A stretch of 64,000 nucleotides of DNA. Source: Gammaproteobacteria bacterium RIFCSPHIGHO2_02_FULL_42_43 (lineage in GTDB: Bacteria; Pseudomonadota; Gammaproteobacteria; Coxiellales; Coxiellaceae). Each line of letters begins with the position of its first letter. Within the stretch, counting starts at the first letter, position 1. Positions 47,401 through 56,020 of this stretch are shown here, piece after piece. The position numbers and the translations under genes were made by a program. The notes under the pieces were generated by a model that was not told the DNA's origin, did no database searches, and was given only the letters and a program-made list of their open reading frames with translations. Where the stretch lies: contig MGXR01000002.1 in NCBI GenBank assembly GCA_001801425.1, forward strand, positions 11,606-75,605. Direction: 5' to 3'.

Positions 47401-49542
47401 CTCAGCTGGAGCACCAGCATCATATGCTGTACCAATCGTAAACGTTGCAGCACTGCTGCTCAGGCCATCACCAAAGGCGGTTCTAACATAACCGAAAGTA
47501 TAAGGTGTTATATTCACACCGTCGGCTACGGAGATAGCCGTTACAATACCGGCACCCGCAACATAATTTTGATCAGTTGCAAAATTCGCATTATTACCAT
47601 CCCAGTGATATATACCCCCGGTTAAATCGTTATTATAATATTCTTCTTTGATCGATATACGAGCACTATCAGCCCACGACACAATTGCAGCGTTGCCATA
47701 CTCATCAAAATCACCTACGAATACAAGGGTGTGCGCAGCAGCCCCAACTGTACCAATACCATCGGCATTGAAAAATTGCGAGTTAGGAGCGTTGAAATCA
47801 ATAGCTGCATTTCCAGCAGCATCATATGTAAAAGTAGGGCGATTGCCGGCTGTCGCTTGTGTTGCATTGTTAGCATTACCGGATAAATCTGCCCAGGTCG
47901 CAATCGCAGCACCACTCGCCACTGCAGTGCCATCACCATTTACATTCCTTGCGTCTACCCAAAAACTTAGGTTGGAAATTGTTGAACTTGTAAACGCTTG
48001 TCGATCAGCATAAATCACATCATTACCCGCACCACCCGTAATTGTATCGCCACCATATCCACCAGTCAGTGTATCTGCACCCGTGCCACCCGTTAATGTA
48101 TCTGCACCCGTACTACCGATGATATTGGTATTCACACCAGCCGCTGAAGTTACTTTTCCGGCAGCGCTTAAAGTGACAGCACCTGTTCCACCAATTACTG
48201 CAGTTCTTGCATCATTCAAAGCACTAGTATCTAAGCTTACTGTGTAAGTGCTGTTATCGATGCGAACGCTGTTGCTGTCCGATGCATCCACAAATGCATC
48301 GCTGAGCGCAACAGTGCTGTTGCCACCCAACTGAATGACATCGATTCCCGTTTTGTTCGCTAATTCAGCAATCGCAATATTTGCACCACCAGTAAATACA
48401 AGTGTGTCTGTTCCCGTGCCTGCGGCAATCGTGAGGTTCGATGTGAAAGAAGCGTCCGTGACATTAAAAGTATTCGCGCCAGAATAGTCAGCAGATTCTG
48501 TTGCTTGCGCAACAGGTTGCTGCGGTGTGGGTGTTGAAAAAGATAAAATTTCGCGAACAATCACAATGGGTGATGCTGATATCGTGACAGAAGATGTCAC
48601 TCCAATCACTGACGTTACTGATATCACACTTGATATTGCCGTAGTGGATGAAAAAAACGAGAAATTTCCGACTGATTGCGACACGTTAGTGGATGATGAA
48701 TTAAAGTAATTGATGGTTTCAACATGAGGAACATTAGCAACAGAATTAAATGCGTTCGCAACAGAATTAAATGCATTTGAAATACTGCTCGCATTTGAAA
48801 TACTGCTCGCATTAAAAATGCCGCTTGCGACTGCCGTGGAAATTAAACCGGAAGAAAAGCCAAACCCCGTATTCACTCCTGAAAAACTTCCAGACAGATT
48901 GGCTAACATCGCAGAATACGACGATATCGTCATTGGTTTTTCAGCATAAGACATCGTCATTGGTTTTTCAGCGTAGAATTGCGTTCTTTCTTGGACAAAA
49001 CGAGCAGCCACACTAGCACTCATCGTTTCGCGAACATGAGACGCGTCAAGACTTGCCAGCATAACAGGTGTTGCATTCACAAAGCGGCTTGCTTCTGACG
49101 GATGAAACGCTGCCATCTTTTCGCCGCTCAATAATCGTGTACCCGTATCTTCAACAGCACCTTCTCTTACTGACTTCGTTAACTCAATCGGTTCAATTTT
49201 TTTATCTTTGTCAAAAGTATCTTCATCATTTTCTTTGGGTTTTTCTTCGTGTGTTTCACGTTCTTCAAAAGCGATGGAAGATTCGGAGTGATGGGATTCT
49301 TTGGTGGATAATTCACTGTGGCTTTCAACTTGTTCGCCTTTGTTGATGACAGCTCTGGCATTGTGATCAACATCCACGCGTGGATCAGGCAACACTCCGC
49401 TGTGCTCCTTCACTTGACTGACCACCTTGGTAGCGGAGCCTTGAGATTGCGACCCTTCGGTTTCAGTTAAATTTTCGCTGAAATCGACGGGCAATGTATG
49501 ACTTGGAGAATAATCTTTACCCACAACCCACCTATATATCAA
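41404..49542 (-). CDS. giant (2712 aa) RTX-type repeat adhesin / T1SS substrate with three LamG-like domains
   Basis: C-terminal nonapeptide RTX repeats (GGNDTLNGGANGDFILGGTGDDTIHGNGGNDV) and an acidic extreme C-terminus. Three ~830-aa super-repeats. TTG start just after an in-frame TGA, so the exact start is uncertain. Confidence 0.85.
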   Translation of the reverse strand: MIYRWVVGKDYSPSHTLPVDFSENLTETEGSQSQGSATKVVSQVKEHSGVLPDPRVDVDHNARAVINKGEQVESHSELSTKESHHSESSIAFEERETHEEKPKENDEDTFDKDKKIEPIELTKSVREGAVEDTGTRLLSGEKMAAFHPSEASRFVNATPVMLASLDASHVRETMSASVAARFVQERTQFYAEKPMTMSYAEKPMTISSYSAMLANLSGSFSGVNTGFGFSSGLISTAVASGIFNASSISNASSISNAFNSVANAFNSVANVPHVETINYFNSSSTNVSQSVGNFSFFSSTTAISSVISVTSVIGVTSSVTISASPIVIVREILSFSTPTPQQPVAQATESADYSGANTFNVTDASFTSNLTIAAGTGTDTLVFTGGANIAIAELANKTGIDVIQLGGNSTVALSDAFVDASDSNSVRIDNSTYTVSLDTSALNDARTAVIGGTGAVTLSAAGKVTSAAGVNTNIIGSTGADTLTGGTGADTLTGGYGGDTITGGAGNDVIYADRQAFTSSTISNLSFWVDARNVNGDGTAVASGAAIATWADLSGNANNATQATAGNRPTFTYDAAGNAAIDFNAPNSQFFNADGIGTVGAAAHTLVFVGDFDEYGNAAIVSWADSARISIKEEYYNNDLTGGIYHWDGNNANFATDQNYVAGAGIVTAISVADGVNITPYTFGYVRTAFGDGLSSSAATFTIGTAYDAGAPAEFLNANMYEVMVFSKVLSVAELAAVNQYIALKYGVTDAGAALGVDTLTGGTGADTFTWSNASYSSGDSSARDVITDFNTSSGSYNSSEGDKIDISTLISIPYVVNGIGGTSSTVNQLYWAQSGSDTIISLDYGGDNTADWSIKLSNFTASNLNYSDFVLASGSYVVLTSGTDTITAGSGADTIKTTSANFAAADTITAGAGSDTLLFTNAATVTAAQFANKTGIDVIQLSGNSTIALSDAFVDASDSNTVRINNGTYTLSLDTSDLNVARTATIGGTGAVTLSAAGKVISVDGVNTTITGSSGADTMTGGTGADTLTGGAGGDTISGGAGADTIYADNVSGSYASADTVTGGTGADAFIWTALSSGGSVARDVIADFKMSSGSYDSSEIDRIDISALNSNAAYTFLGNGASFDGTASAVIWSQSGADTLVQVDIDGNSSAEFEILLSGFTATNLQASHFAVPVSLTFTSGTDTLTGTEADGDTFTTSDANFAAADTLSAGLGLDTLIFTNAATITSAELANKTGVDVIQLGGNSTITLSDAFVDASDSDSVRIDNSTYTVSLDSSALNAARTVTIGGTGAVTLSAAGKVTSAAGVNTNITGSTGADTLTGGTGNDTLIGGYGGDTISGGAGNDTIYAGGIAFTNASISGNDLWLDASNLLANGTAAANGSSITAWNDLSVTGANDGTISAGTPTYSSSGINGRASVSFNGSSGIVTGLTANYGNMFVLTVFKDSNVNDWENIMDKNYNSGWAITRSASSANSFYLDGSGSYDGNSSSLFTDGTAAILSGGRTGSTYTIFHDGGTSPVGSVVRNATLMDSTPLYLGEDYNGEYRYTGSIAEVLVFDHYLSASEMAIANQYLSYKYGIALSGTTFAADTLTGGTGADTFVFSNMSYSSGDTSARSVITDFNTSSGSYDANEGDKIDISTLVSGPTVMLGAASFSGFANQVIWATSGADVIVSMDFGGDNTADWSIKLSNFTASNLNYGDFVLSSNSFTQLTSGTDAVVMGSAADTIKTTSANFAAADTITAGAGSDTLIFTNAATVTAAQFANKTGIDVIELSGNSTIALSDAFVDASDSNTVRINNGTYTLSLDTSDLNVARTATIGGTGAVTLSAAGKVISVDGVNTTITGSSGADTITGGTGVDILTGGAGGDTISAGAGADTIYADNVSGSYASADTVTGGTGADVFTWTSTTSGGSSATDIITDFKTGSGSYNSSEGDKLDITNVSAGAAYTILGNGASFDGTLNSIIWAQSGADTLVQVDLDGNLSAEFAITLQNFTATNLVSGDFAVPVALTLTSGTDTFTGTGGADTFTTSDANFAAADTLSAGLGSDTLIFTNAATITSAELADKTGIDVMQLGGNSTITLSDAFVDTSDSDSVRINNSTYTVSLDSSALNAARTVTIGGTGAVTLSAAGKVSAVAGVNTTMNGSSGADTLTGNSGADTLKGAYGGDTISAGAGNDVIYADGIAFTNSTVSGMKLWLDAGNVNGDNTSVASGAAVGTWTDLSDQGNNATQATADNKPTFAYGSIGRAAIAFNSDNAQFLIADALGTFARSAHTVVFVGDPTLDPGGDETTMLAWNNDSYANSEEWLVDASGQITHKDGDTSVVASDVNYLNAGVFGFIATADGTTAAGYVNGTAKNSFSDGLTTSATKFSIGQEYDSGAVTSDYFNGNIYEIMLFDSVLSASNLDIVNQYIANKYGFSYSGIALGADTLTGGTGADTFTWANGSYSSGDSSARDSIADFNSGSGSFSVSEGDKIDLSTYISTPFSILGLGGANSVVNQIWWAQSTNDTIVSLDTNGDNTADFSIKLTGFTAQNLNAGDFVLGSTSSVTSTGTSGANTIDGDSTKVNIIDGLGGNDTLNGGANGDFILGGTGDDTIHGNGGNDVFRSTTSGGTDTVYGDAGADVFHFVYGDNNDTTFYGGTGAGGSGNDGIYMKGVGAQGGTWSLSSGTGTTSSSPGGGITRLTFNSADASGTLTIDDGTTITFQEVDYIDFS
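41900..48480. repeat. ~2.5-kb super-repeats inside the adhesin gene (three units, the two C-proximal ones partly near-identical)
   Basis: For example, 43176-43245 equals 45666-45735 (offset 2490), and 44041 onward matches 46534 onward. Unit boundaries recur near 42250, 44760 and 47255. Confidence 0.8.
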
Positions 49543-49647
49543 TATTCATTTCTCACCCTAATTATAGTAGGTTTTGACGGGATTTCTTAAATTTATCTTA
49601 TTGAATTATAAGGATTTTTTTAAAAAAATTGGCTAAATTTCCCAAGA

Positions 49648-52491
49648 TTAGGTGACTAGCTCGCCTGAAATCACCAGCTCTCTTGCTGCTCTGACTTCAT
49701 CCAAACGCCCAACGGGTGTTTGTTGAGGTGCGTTTTTGAGTCGATCGGGGTGGGTGTGTGCTTCGTCATAGATAATTTTCATGACAGAAACGAAACGATC
49801 CAGTGTCTCCTTACTTTCGGTTTCAGTGGGTTCAATCAACAAACACTCCGAAATAAGCAAAGGAAAATAAATCGTCGGCGCATGTATGCCAAAATCCAGC
49901 AATCGTTTGGCAATATCAAGTGCCGTGATGCCCGTTTTTTGCATCAACGGTTTTGCGGTGATAATAAATTCGTGACTTGCACGACGCGTTGGAAACGCCA
50001 ACACAAATCCAATTTTTTCCAACTCTTTCATCAAATAATTCGCATTCAGTGTCGCCATTTCACTGACACGCTTTGCACCCTTTTTTCCAAGCAAACGCAA
50101 ATAAACGGATGCGCGCAATAACACACCCGTGTTGCCCGAAAAACAAGACAAACGCCCAATGGATTTTGGGCAATCTTTTTTGGTAAGCCAATCATAATAA
50201 TTGCCTCGTTTTCCAACCATGGGCGTTGGTAAATACGGCGCTAATTTTTCATTCGCGGCAACGGGGCCGGCACCAGGGCCTCCACCGCCATGTGGTGTTG
50301 CGAATGTTTTGTGACAATTTAAATGCATCACATCAAAACCCATATCGCCCGGACGCGCATAACCCAAAATTGCGTTGAGATTCGCACCATCGTAATACAA
50401 CAAACCACCCGCTGCGTGCACAATTTTCGCTATTTTTTCAATGTTTCTTTCAAACACGCCAAACGTTGATGGATTGGTTAACATAATTCCCGCGGTGTGC
50501 GGGCCAACTGCTTGTTGTAAGGCATCTAAATCAATATCGCCCGTTTTAATACAGGTTGGAATTTCCTTCACGGAAAATCCGCACATGCGCGCGGACGCAG
50601 GATTGGTACCATGCGCTGCATCAGGAATTAACATTTCTGTGCGCGCAAAATCTTTTCTATCACGATGATAAGCTGCGATCATCGCAACACCTGCGAATTC
50701 GCCTTGCGCGCCTGCCATGGGTGTTAATGAAACCGCTTGCATACCTGTTAGCACAGCAATCATTTCCTGTAATTCAAATAAATTTTCCAAGTGACCCTGG
50801 CTGTCATCACTGTTCGACAGAGGATGTAAATATAAATAACCCGGCATTTTGGCAATAACATTGGCTGCGCGTGGATTGTATTTCATCGTGCAAGATCCCA
50901 GCGGATAAAAATTGGTATCTATTGAGAAATTACGCTGCGATAATCGCGTAAAATGACGCACAACATCTAATTCAGCGCAAGTGGGAATGTGCGGCGCTGT
51001 TTCGCGTAACACATCATCTGTACCGCTTGCTAACGCGCGCGGCTCCGACATTGCGCGCGGCTCCGACATTGCGCGCGGCTCCGACATTGCGCGCGGCTCC
51101 GACATTGCGCACGGTTCCGACATTGTGTTGACTGAATCATGCGCGTTACCACGAATCACTTCAGCATAATTTTCCAAATCCGAATCTGTTTTAGTTTCGG
51201 TGACGCAAATCAAGAGTGCATTTTTTAATTCAGGGAAATATAACTGAAGATTAATACCTGCTTGAATATGATTTTTTTTCATTGCATCAAAAATTTTTTC
51301 TATCGGGCAATCAAATTGAACGACAAATTCGTGCAATGTTAGTGCATCAAATAATATGGTCACGCCTTTTATTGACAATAATAATTTTTTTAATTTTTCT
51401 GCTTGATCTGCGCATTTTTTGGAAACAGAATGCAATCCAAAACCGCCCAGCAATCGCATGTAAATAGTTGCGGCGGTGACTAACAATCCTTGGTTGGTGC
51501 AAATATTGGAAGTCGCTTTGGCGCGACGAATATGTTGCTCGCGCGCTTGTAAGGTTAATACATAACCCACGCGATTTTCTTTATCAATCGTTTTCGCAAC
51601 CAATCTGCCAGGTAATTGACGGATATCTTTTTTGCGACAGCATAAAAATCCAAAGTAAGGTCCGCCACCTGCGAGCGGAACGCCGAGCGGTTGCCCTTCA
51701 CCACACACAATGTCCGCACCATTTTTTCCCCATAAACCAGGTGGTTTGAGATAATTCATCATGAGCGGATTAACCGCTGCAATCACCAATGCATTTTTTT
51801 CGTGGATCAAATTAGTTAATGCATCGATATTTTCTATCACACCAAAAAAATTGGGCTGCGCAATAATCACAGCGGCAATATCATCCGTCAATTTATTTTT
51901 TAAATTTTCAATATCAATGCGCCCTGATTTTTTTTCATAATCTACCAAAATTATTTCGATAGATTGAAAAGATAAAATCGATTGCAATACTGTTTGATAA
52001 TGTGGATGCAAATTACTGGGAACAATTATTTTTGCTGGTTTATTTTTTTGAATGCGAAGCGCCATTAAGGCCGCTTCCGCTAACGCAGAAGCGCCATCAT
52101 ACAAAGACGCATTCGACACGTCCATTTTCATGATTTCAGTCATCATGCTTTGATATTCAAAAATTACTTGCAGTGTGCCCTGACTCGCTTCAGGCTGATA
52201 CGGTGTATACGCTGTGTAAAATTCTCCGCGCGACACAATTTCCCAAACGGCTGCCGGAATAAAATGTTCGTATGCGCCTGCGCCCAGAAAACATTTTCCC
52301 GCGCGATAAGTTGGCGCGCGATCGCCAAAAAGACGCGTCACGGCATTTTCATCCTGCTGTTCTGGCATCGCTGAAATATTTGCATGTGCTATTTTTGCAG
52401 GAATTTCGTCGAATAAATCAACCGCGTGATTCACGCCAATCGAAGAAAGCATATCGACAATATTTTGCTTGGTATGAGAAACAAATGTCAC
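49648..52491 (-). CDS. gcvP: glycine dehydrogenase (decarboxylating), apparent fusion of subunit 1 (GcvPA) and subunit 2 (GcvPB)
   Basis: The N-terminal half resembles GcvPA ([20 protein letters not shown]). The C-terminal half resembles GcvPB ([42 protein letters not shown]-Lys). One uninterrupted 947-codon ORF with a GTG start. Confidence 0.85.
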   Translation of the reverse strand: MTFVSHTKQNIVDMLSSIGVNHAVDLFDEIPAKIAHANISAMPEQQDENAVTRLFGDRAPTYRAGKCFLGAGAYEHFIPAAVWEIVSRGEFYTAYTPYQPEASQGTLQVIFEYQSMMTEIMKMDVSNASLYDGASALAEAALMALRIQKNKPAKIIVPSNLHPHYQTVLQSILSFQSIEIILVDYEKKSGRIDIENLKNKLTDDIAAVIIAQPNFFGVIENIDALTNLIHEKNALVIAAVNPLMMNYLKPPGLWGKNGADIVCGEGQPLGVPLAGGGPYFGFLCCRKKDIRQLPGRLVAKTIDKENRVGYVLTLQAREQHIRRAKATSNICTNQGLLVTAATIYMRLLGGFGLHSVSKKCADQAEKLKKLLLSIKGVTILFDALTLHEFVVQFDCPIEKIFDAMKKNHIQAGINLQLYFPELKNALLICVTETKTDSDLENYAEVIRGNAHDSVNTMSEPCAMSEPRAMSEPRAMSEPRAMSEPRALASGTDDVLRETAPHIPTCAELDVVRHFTRLSQRNFSIDTNFYPLGSCTMKYNPRAANVIAKMPGYLYLHPLSNSDDSQGHLENLFELQEMIAVLTGMQAVSLTPMAGAQGEFAGVAMIAAYHRDRKDFARTEMLIPDAAHGTNPASARMCGFSVKEIPTCIKTGDIDLDALQQAVGPHTAGIMLTNPSTFGVFERNIEKIAKIVHAAGGLLYYDGANLNAILGYARPGDMGFDVMHLNCHKTFATPHGGGGPGAGPVAANEKLAPYLPTPMVGKRGNYYDWLTKKDCPKSIGRLSCFSGNTGVLLRASVYLRLLGKKGAKRVSEMATLNANYLMKELEKIGFVLAFPTRRASHEFIITAKPLMQKTGITALDIAKRLLDFGIHAPTIYFPLLISECLLIEPTETESKETLDRFVSVMKIIYDEAHTHPDRLKNAPQQTPVGRLDEVRAARELVISGELVT
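51035..51124. repeat. 18-bp tandem repeat x5 encoding (MSEP[R/C]A)5 at the GcvPA/GcvPB junction
   Basis: GCGCGCGGCTCCGACATT x4, followed by the variant GCGCACGGTTCCGACATT. Confidence 0.95.
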
Positions 52492-52494
52492 GCG

Positions 52495-52884
52495 TTATTC
52501 CTCCGTGACCATTTTTTGATACGCATCCGCATCCAGCAACGCATCCAGCTCATCCAAATGAGTGGGTTTAATGCGACAAATCCAGCCGTTTCCGTAAGGA
52601 TCTTGATTAATTAAATCCGGCTGTTCATTGAGTTGTTTATTGAGCTCAACCACTTCGCCAGCAATGGGTGCATACACATCGGCTGCGGTTTTCACGGATT
52701 CAACGACTGCTAATTCATTGCCATGTTCAACCGGCAAATGCATGTCAGGCAATTCCACAAATACAATATCACCCAATTGGTGCTGCGCAAATTGCGTGAT
52801 GCCAACCGTCACGGTGTCATCATTTTCGATACGCACCCATTCGTGACTGTCGGTGTAATGCAGTTCTCTTGGAAAATCGGACAT
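52495..52884 (-). CDS. gcvH: glycine cleavage system H protein
   Basis: YTDSHEWV and VESVKTAADVYAP lipoyl-lysine motif, 129 aa. Confidence 0.9.
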   Translation of the reverse strand: MSDFPRELHYTDSHEWVRIENDDTVTVGITQFAQHQLGDIVFVELPDMHLPVEHGNELAVVESVKTAADVYAPIAGEVVELNKQLNEQPDLINQDPYGNGWICRIKPTHLDELDALLDADAYQKMVTEE

Positions 52885-52907
52885 ATCAACTCCTTCATAT
52901 TTATATT

Positions 52908-52970
52908 CACTCGCTACCGCTCGTGTCTATGTGCGATATAGTCGGACACAGACGCGACCGGTAGGGAGCG
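52908..52970. repeat. REP-like family 1, inverted pair (hairpin)
   Basis: CACTCGCTACCGCTCGTGTCTATGTGCG-ATATAGTC-GGACACAGACGCGACCGGTAGGGAGCG lies between gcvT and gcvH. Confidence 0.8.
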
Positions 52971-52972
52971 AT

Positions 52973-54043
52973 TCAAATAAACGGCAACGCCACCACGCTC
53001 GCTTCCAGCCATTCTCCGCGTCTTTCCACCAACACTTTTTTCGTGCTGGTCACAGGAATGCGCGCTAATGCAATCGATTTATTTAACGTCGGCGAAAAGC
53101 TACCGGAAGTAATTTCCCCTTCGCCTGCATCCGTTTTTACTTTTTGATGGTTGCGCAAAATTCCCTTGGATTCTAGCACCAATCCCACTAATTGTTGATG
53201 AACACCAATTTGTTTTTCAGTCAATAATGCATCGCGCCCAATAAAATTTCTTGCGGTATCTTTAAAGGAAACGGTCCAGCTTAAATTAGAAATCAACGGC
53301 GACGTATTTTCATTCATGTCAGCACCAAATAAATTTAAACCAGCTTCCAAGCGCAACGTATCGCGCGCACCCAAACCGCAGGGCTGCACGCCATGCGCAA
53401 TTAATTTTTTCCACGCATCAATGGCAAAGTCAATCGGCAACATGATTTCAACCCCCGGCTCACCCGTGTAACCGGTTTTTGCAATCACACAATGATCGTG
53501 AATATAAAATTGAAATGGTTTGATCGCCGCAATTTTTTCGCACGTCGCGTGATCGAATATTACCACTAATTTTTCTAACGCTTGCGGCCCTTGCAACGCC
53601 AACAAGCACCAATCCTCGCGCAATTTGATCTGCACCGAAAAATTTTTCGCTTGCTGCTGTATCCACGCCATGTCTTTGTCGCGACAACCGGCATTAATAA
53701 TCAATCGAAAATACTGATCTGAAAAACGGTACACAATTAAATCATCGATGATGCCGCCCCGTTCGTTTAACATGCATGTATACAACGCGCTGTTATCTTT
53801 TAATTTCGCCACATCATTGGCCAACAAGAATCGCAAAAAGACAACGACGTCACCGTGCATTTCCACAATGCCCATGTGTGATACATCAAAAATACCGGCG
53901 TGATTTCGTACTGCATGATGCTCTGCAATTTGCGAACCGTAGTTAAGCGGCATTAGCCAGCCAGAAAAATCTACCATCGTCGCTTTGGCGTACACATGTT
54001 GATCGTAGAGCGGTGTTTTTTTGGGTGAGATAGTATTATTCAT
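52973..54043 (-). CDS. gcvT: aminomethyltransferase (glycine cleavage T protein)
   Basis: TPLYDQHV, GIFDVSHMG, TGYTGEPGVEI motifs, 356 aa. Confidence 0.9.
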   Translation of the reverse strand: MNNTISPKKTPLYDQHVYAKATMVDFSGWLMPLNYGSQIAEHHAVRNHAGIFDVSHMGIVEMHGDVVVFLRFLLANDVAKLKDNSALYTCMLNERGGIIDDLIVYRFSDQYFRLIINAGCRDKDMAWIQQQAKNFSVQIKLREDWCLLALQGPQALEKLVVIFDHATCEKIAAIKPFQFYIHDHCVIAKTGYTGEPGVEIMLPIDFAIDAWKKLIAHGVQPCGLGARDTLRLEAGLNLFGADMNENTSPLISNLSWTVSFKDTARNFIGRDALLTEKQIGVHQQLVGLVLESKGILRNHQKVKTDAGEGEITSGSFSPTLNKSIALARIPVTSTKKVLVERRGEWLEASVVALPFI

Positions 54044-54139
54044 CGTGCGGTAATCTTACCGCGAAATAATCAGCGGCGAAAGATTGACGTAAAAACTCCC
54101 CCAAACGGGGGAGTTTTAGAATCAACAAACGAAATAAAA

Positions 54140-54745
54140 TTAGGCTTTGATTGCGGGTGCGGGCACAGGATCAACGTGTTTCGCTTTTAATTTTTCTAAA
54201 CGCGCTTTTACCGCTGCATTGTGTGTTTTTGCAAACAAACCTGTTTTTAAACCAACATAATTCCATGGTTCTCTGACCATATGCTCGCGAACTCTTTGCA
54301 CTTCATCGCGCTCACGAGAACCAGAAGCGAGATCCAGATTTTTTGGACTTGCAGCACCGTTATTAATAAAATCAACAGTCAATCGAGTAAATGGTTTACG
54401 CTGACTCGCTATTTTTTTATTTGCTTCATCAACCGCCGCTTGCTTGCTTTCAATTAACCCTTGTTTCGCTGTGCGGTGTGGTGCATGCGCCCATGAACCC
54501 GAGAAAAGTTCATCGAATAATTTCACACCCTGTTTTTTTGCCTTGTCTTCACGTGCTTTTCTTTTTACTTCGTCTGTCTTGCTTTGCACATCTCTGACAT
54601 GTGCTTTGCGAGCCAGCGCATCTTGTGCTTGCTTGGCCAGTAAATCAATTTGAGCTTTGTCTTTTTCAGTCTTTGTTTTTTTCGCAGCGTCTGCAGCGAT
54701 TTGTTCTGGGGTCTGAGCATTGCTGCCGGTTAACCATGCCATCAT
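54140..54745 (-). CDS. Lys/Ala-rich hypothetical protein, no signal peptide
   Basis: Long ORF with a GGAG-like sequence (AAGGAGAAT) upstream. No recognisable domain. Confidence 0.45.
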   Translation of the reverse strand: MMAWLTGSNAQTPEQIAADAAKKTKTEKDKAQIDLLAKQAQDALARKAHVRDVQSKTDEVKRKAREDKAKKQGVKLFDELFSGSWAHAPHRTAKQGLIESKQAAVDEANKKIASQRKPFTRLTVDFINNGAASPKNLDLASGSRERDEVQRVREHMVREPWNYVGLKTGLFAKTHNAAVKARLEKLKAKHVDPVPAPAIKA

Positions 54746-54898
54746 AACTTATTCTCCTTAAATACTATTTATTCCATCAAATTTCCAATAGCGACCATCA
54801 CGATCGCGCAGCACAAGATTCACACAAACCATGCGCCTACCAGAGTATATCGATAAAAAGTGAGGAATCACAAGGGTTGCATGGCGTTTTTTGACGAA

Positions 54899-55609
54899 TT
54901 ACACCACAAATTGATAGGCTAAACGCGCATAAGCATCCCAAGCAAAGGGAATAAAATCTTTAACGGGTTTTATTTCGGATCGACCAAAGCCGGTGTAATA
55001 TTGAAAACCACCTTCTGCCATCCAATGTGAATTCAAATTGTAATTGACACCGGCGGATAAATAAGGCGCAATAACCGATTTTGTATGCGCTAACACATCA
55101 CTGCGACACACCAACCCCGGACCAATCGCGGTAAAGGCGCGCAAAGGCGTATCCCCTAATTGCGCCAAAAATTTAGCACTCAGTGAATACGCGTTGGTTT
55201 CTGAAACCATGCCAGTCACGTAAGGTGGATTAATCGTGTAAGGGCTAAAAGAGGGGAATTGAATGCTCGCGTCAGCAAATTGCATATATTGCAATTCTAG
55301 CGCCACATTTTGGTTAATCGCGTAACCGAACACCGCGCCCCACGATGGCCCGCCTTCACTCACATGATTTGGCGTCGTGTAATTACCATTCGGATCGACC
55401 GTATCCACTAAATATTTCCATTCGGTCGAACCCCCGCCAATGTTAACGCCAATATACAATGCGTTGCTGGGAAAAATCGTTGGTGCATCTGCAAATGAAA
55501 ATAGCGATAACGATAGCAATAACACTATCGTTATTATTTTAGAGAGATAGGCTTGCACACGCTTGGCCTGTCGTGGAACATAATTTTCCGTAAGCGTCTG
55601 TGCCGCCAT
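54899..55609 (-). CDS. small outer-membrane beta-barrel protein (OmpA/opacity-like barrel)
   Basis: Signal-like KIITIVLLLSLSLFSFADA, alternating aromatic beta-strand pattern, C-terminal ARLAYQFVV. The start is uncertain (ATG 55609 or GTG 55558). Both overlap the upstream gene's end. Confidence 0.5.
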   Translation of the reverse strand: MAAQTLTENYVPRQAKRVQAYLSKIITIVLLLSLSLFSFADAPTIFPSNALYIGVNIGGGSTEWKYLVDTVDPNGNYTTPNHVSEGGPSWGAVFGYAINQNVALELQYMQFADASIQFPSFSPYTINPPYVTGMVSETNAYSLSAKFLAQLGDTPLRAFTAIGPGLVCRSDVLAHTKSVIAPYLSAGVNYNLNSHWMAEGGFQYYTGFGRSEIKPVKDFIPFAWDAYARLAYQFVV

Positions 55610-55934
55610 TCCAATAGCAGTTCCATTGACTTTCACAATCCGTTGGATTGCTATGATATTGCACTGCTTGCGCTTGGCAAGCGGCATCCAATGTGTCATA
55701 AGTTTGCAGCATCAAGTTGTAAATTATCTTCATCGGCATCGGCCCCAGCGGACAACACCCCTGCACCGACGTCACAAAATCACTGCAAAATGTCGACACG
55801 TTATCAGAAGGCACGGGGGTACATTGTGCAACATTCTTTGTTTTCACCGGAAAAATAACATCTGCAGAAAATGCACTGCCGCTTAACATACCCATCATCA
55901 AAACACTAATACTGAATAACACACTTCGCTTCAT
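55539..55934 (-). CDS. Cys-rich small secreted protein
   Basis: Start MKRSVLFSISVLMMGMLSGSAFSA with AAGGAG upstream. About 10 Cys in ~108 mature residues. Confidence 0.55.
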   Translation of the reverse strand: MKRSVLFSISVLMMGMLSGSAFSADVIFPVKTKNVAQCTPVPSDNVSTFCSDFVTSVQGCCPLGPMPMKIIYNLMLQTYDTLDAACQAQAVQYHSNPTDCESQWNCYWNGGTDAYGKLCSTTGQACASLSL

Positions 55935-56020
55935 ATGAAACTCCTTGTGTAGCCAAACCAAAGACTTCAATGATACAAAAAGTGGGGAAATTGTCCAGTG
56001 TCGGGGCCGCGAACGGGTGA

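Noticed and set aside
43253-48013. Several 85-126-aa plus-strand ORFs inside the adhesin gene (43253-43621, 44168-44452, 45734-46114, 47234-47491, 47648-48013), two of them near-identical to each other.
   Set aside because: They are antisense to a continuous 2712-codon ORF with clear domain logic. Their similarity simply mirrors the 2.5-kb super-repeat. Their compositions (Ala/Val/Ser/Pro-rich) are what the reverse complement of Gly/Asp/Thr-rich coding gives.
49000-49542. LapG-type periplasmic cleavage/retention module in the adhesin N-terminus.
   Set aside because: No clear (T/A/P)AA(G/V) site in a recognisable retention-module context could be identified by eye. No LapD/LapG genes are in the window.
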